Source: an uncultured archaeon
GTDB lineage: Archaea; Asgardarchaeota; Thorarchaeia; Thorarchaeales; Thorarchaeaceae
NCBI GenBank assembly: GCA_964610875.1
Contig: CAZSWP010000011.1
Coordinates: forward strand, 1-29,543
Reading direction: 5' to 3'
DNA: 29,543 nt
Part shown: positions 28,674 through 29,543 of the stretch, piece after piece
Numbering within the stretch: position 1 is the stretch's first letter
Layout of the letters: the number at the start of each line of letters is the position of its first letter
The notes under the pieces: model-generated
The model's database searches: none
The model's input: the letters and a program-made list of their open reading frames with translations, nothing else
Told to the model about the DNA's origin: nothing
Translations under genes and position numbers: made by a program

Positions 28674-29543
28674 TTATGTTGTTATCTCATCTATCCTGTT
28701 CTTCTCATAGGCGGTCTTTATTTCAATCATGGAAAGATCTAACGGAGAGATGATATCTTCTTGAAACTTCAAAGCAAGTCTTCGCATCTCAGGACTTGTT
28801 GGTCCTACGCAAGGTGCACCCGGTACTCTTGGTGAAAGATCAAATACGATGAATTCCGATTCCTCAGTAATGGCACCTTGCAATGAAAATAATCCGATCA
28901 TTTTTGGTGGAAAATGTTCCTTGACTCCTTCAAGCAATTTTTCAGCGGCATGATAAACAAGAGGTTTCTTACTCTCTCTCATTGTCACTCCTTTATGTCC
29001 TACTTCTTCGTTTACTATCGTGAGATTCAACTTCAGTTGATTTCTTGCAGGAAGATTTAGAACACCTGATAGACTGGTTTGCAATCTATCATCAAACCCA
29101 ACTAAATCCAAATTACCATAGATATCTGATAGGCCATAAGCTTGGAAATTTGCATTGAATCTTGGAGCAACAACAAATTCCTCTATGGTAGCTTGATCCA
29201 AATCCTTACCAGATATAGTTCCATCAGCAATCATTTTCATTGAAACTTCATCAAACTCTTTTGGGCTGGAAACATAGAAAAATGCACGTTCTAGTGGGTT
29301 TTCCTTCTGTTGAACCTTTACGATTGCCAACCTGTCAATCTCGTCAGGTTTGAATGCTTTAGGAATTCTGACTCCTGATGTTTCTAGGAGCCAATATTGG
29401 TCTTTTGGAAAACCCCTCTCTTCCACTCTGAGAATTCTTCTATTTCCATACATGGGTATATCGAATCTTTCCTCAATATTATCATAACCTACATAGACTG
29501 AGAATGATCTATTTGGTATCCATATTGTATTCAGTTCTCTCAG
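28674..29543 (-). CDS. purP: PurP-family ATP-grasp protein (FAICAR synthetase-like); 5'-partial
   Basis: Frame is open to the window edge (LRELNTIWIPNRSFSVYVGY...); IEEFV, DDRLQ, MRES, GLFSLQG, SPRVPG. May be a PurP paralogue. Confidence 0.85.
   Translation of the reverse strand: MRELNTIWIPNRSFSVYVGYDNIEERFDIPMYGNRRILRVEERGFPKDQYWLLETSGVRIPKAFKPDEIDRLAIVKVQQKENPLERAFFYVSSPKEFDEVSMKMIADGTISGKDLDQATIEEFVVAPRFNANFQAYGLSDIYGNLDLVGFDDRLQTSLSGVLNLPARNQLKLNLTIVNEEVGHKGVTMRESKKPLVYHAAEKLLEGVKEHFPPKMIGLFSLQGAITEESEFIVFDLSPRVPGAPCVGPTSPEMRRLALKFQEDIISPLDLSMIEIKTAYEKNRIDEITT

Overview
Archaeal chromosomal window. An Asgard (Thorarchaeia-like) origin is inferred from PurP, split PurS/Q/L, a TIGR04084-type radical SAM, membrane-anchored family-5 SBP, GGAGGT/GGTGA RBSs and TTG/GTG starts. 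The right third is a minus-strand purine operon: purP-like (partial), purC-purS fusion, purQ, purL, purE-purM fusion, purD and full-length guaA, followed by an HDAC/AcuC. The middle holds membrane proteins, two GNATs, a radical SAM/SPASM enzyme plus a truncated second copy, a C39-like peptidase, an SBP, YyaL/SSP411, an MBL hydrolase, a stand-alone TGT-like protein, an unannotated DNA-ligase pseudogene, PRC-barrel, thioredoxin-like, degenerate amidohydrolase and SCP2-like genes. The most unusual signal is at about 231-537. This roughly 300-nt non-coding element has four 12-15 nt segments separated by about 30-nt hairpins. The segments reappear exactly and in order in the adjacent DNA, three of them contiguously, and the whole is enclosed by a terminal inverted repeat. 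It looks like a multi-guide or template RNA next to its own target, but this is inference. A second unexplained signal is a perfect 16-bp inverted repeat bounding about 1 kb between the two radical SAM copies.
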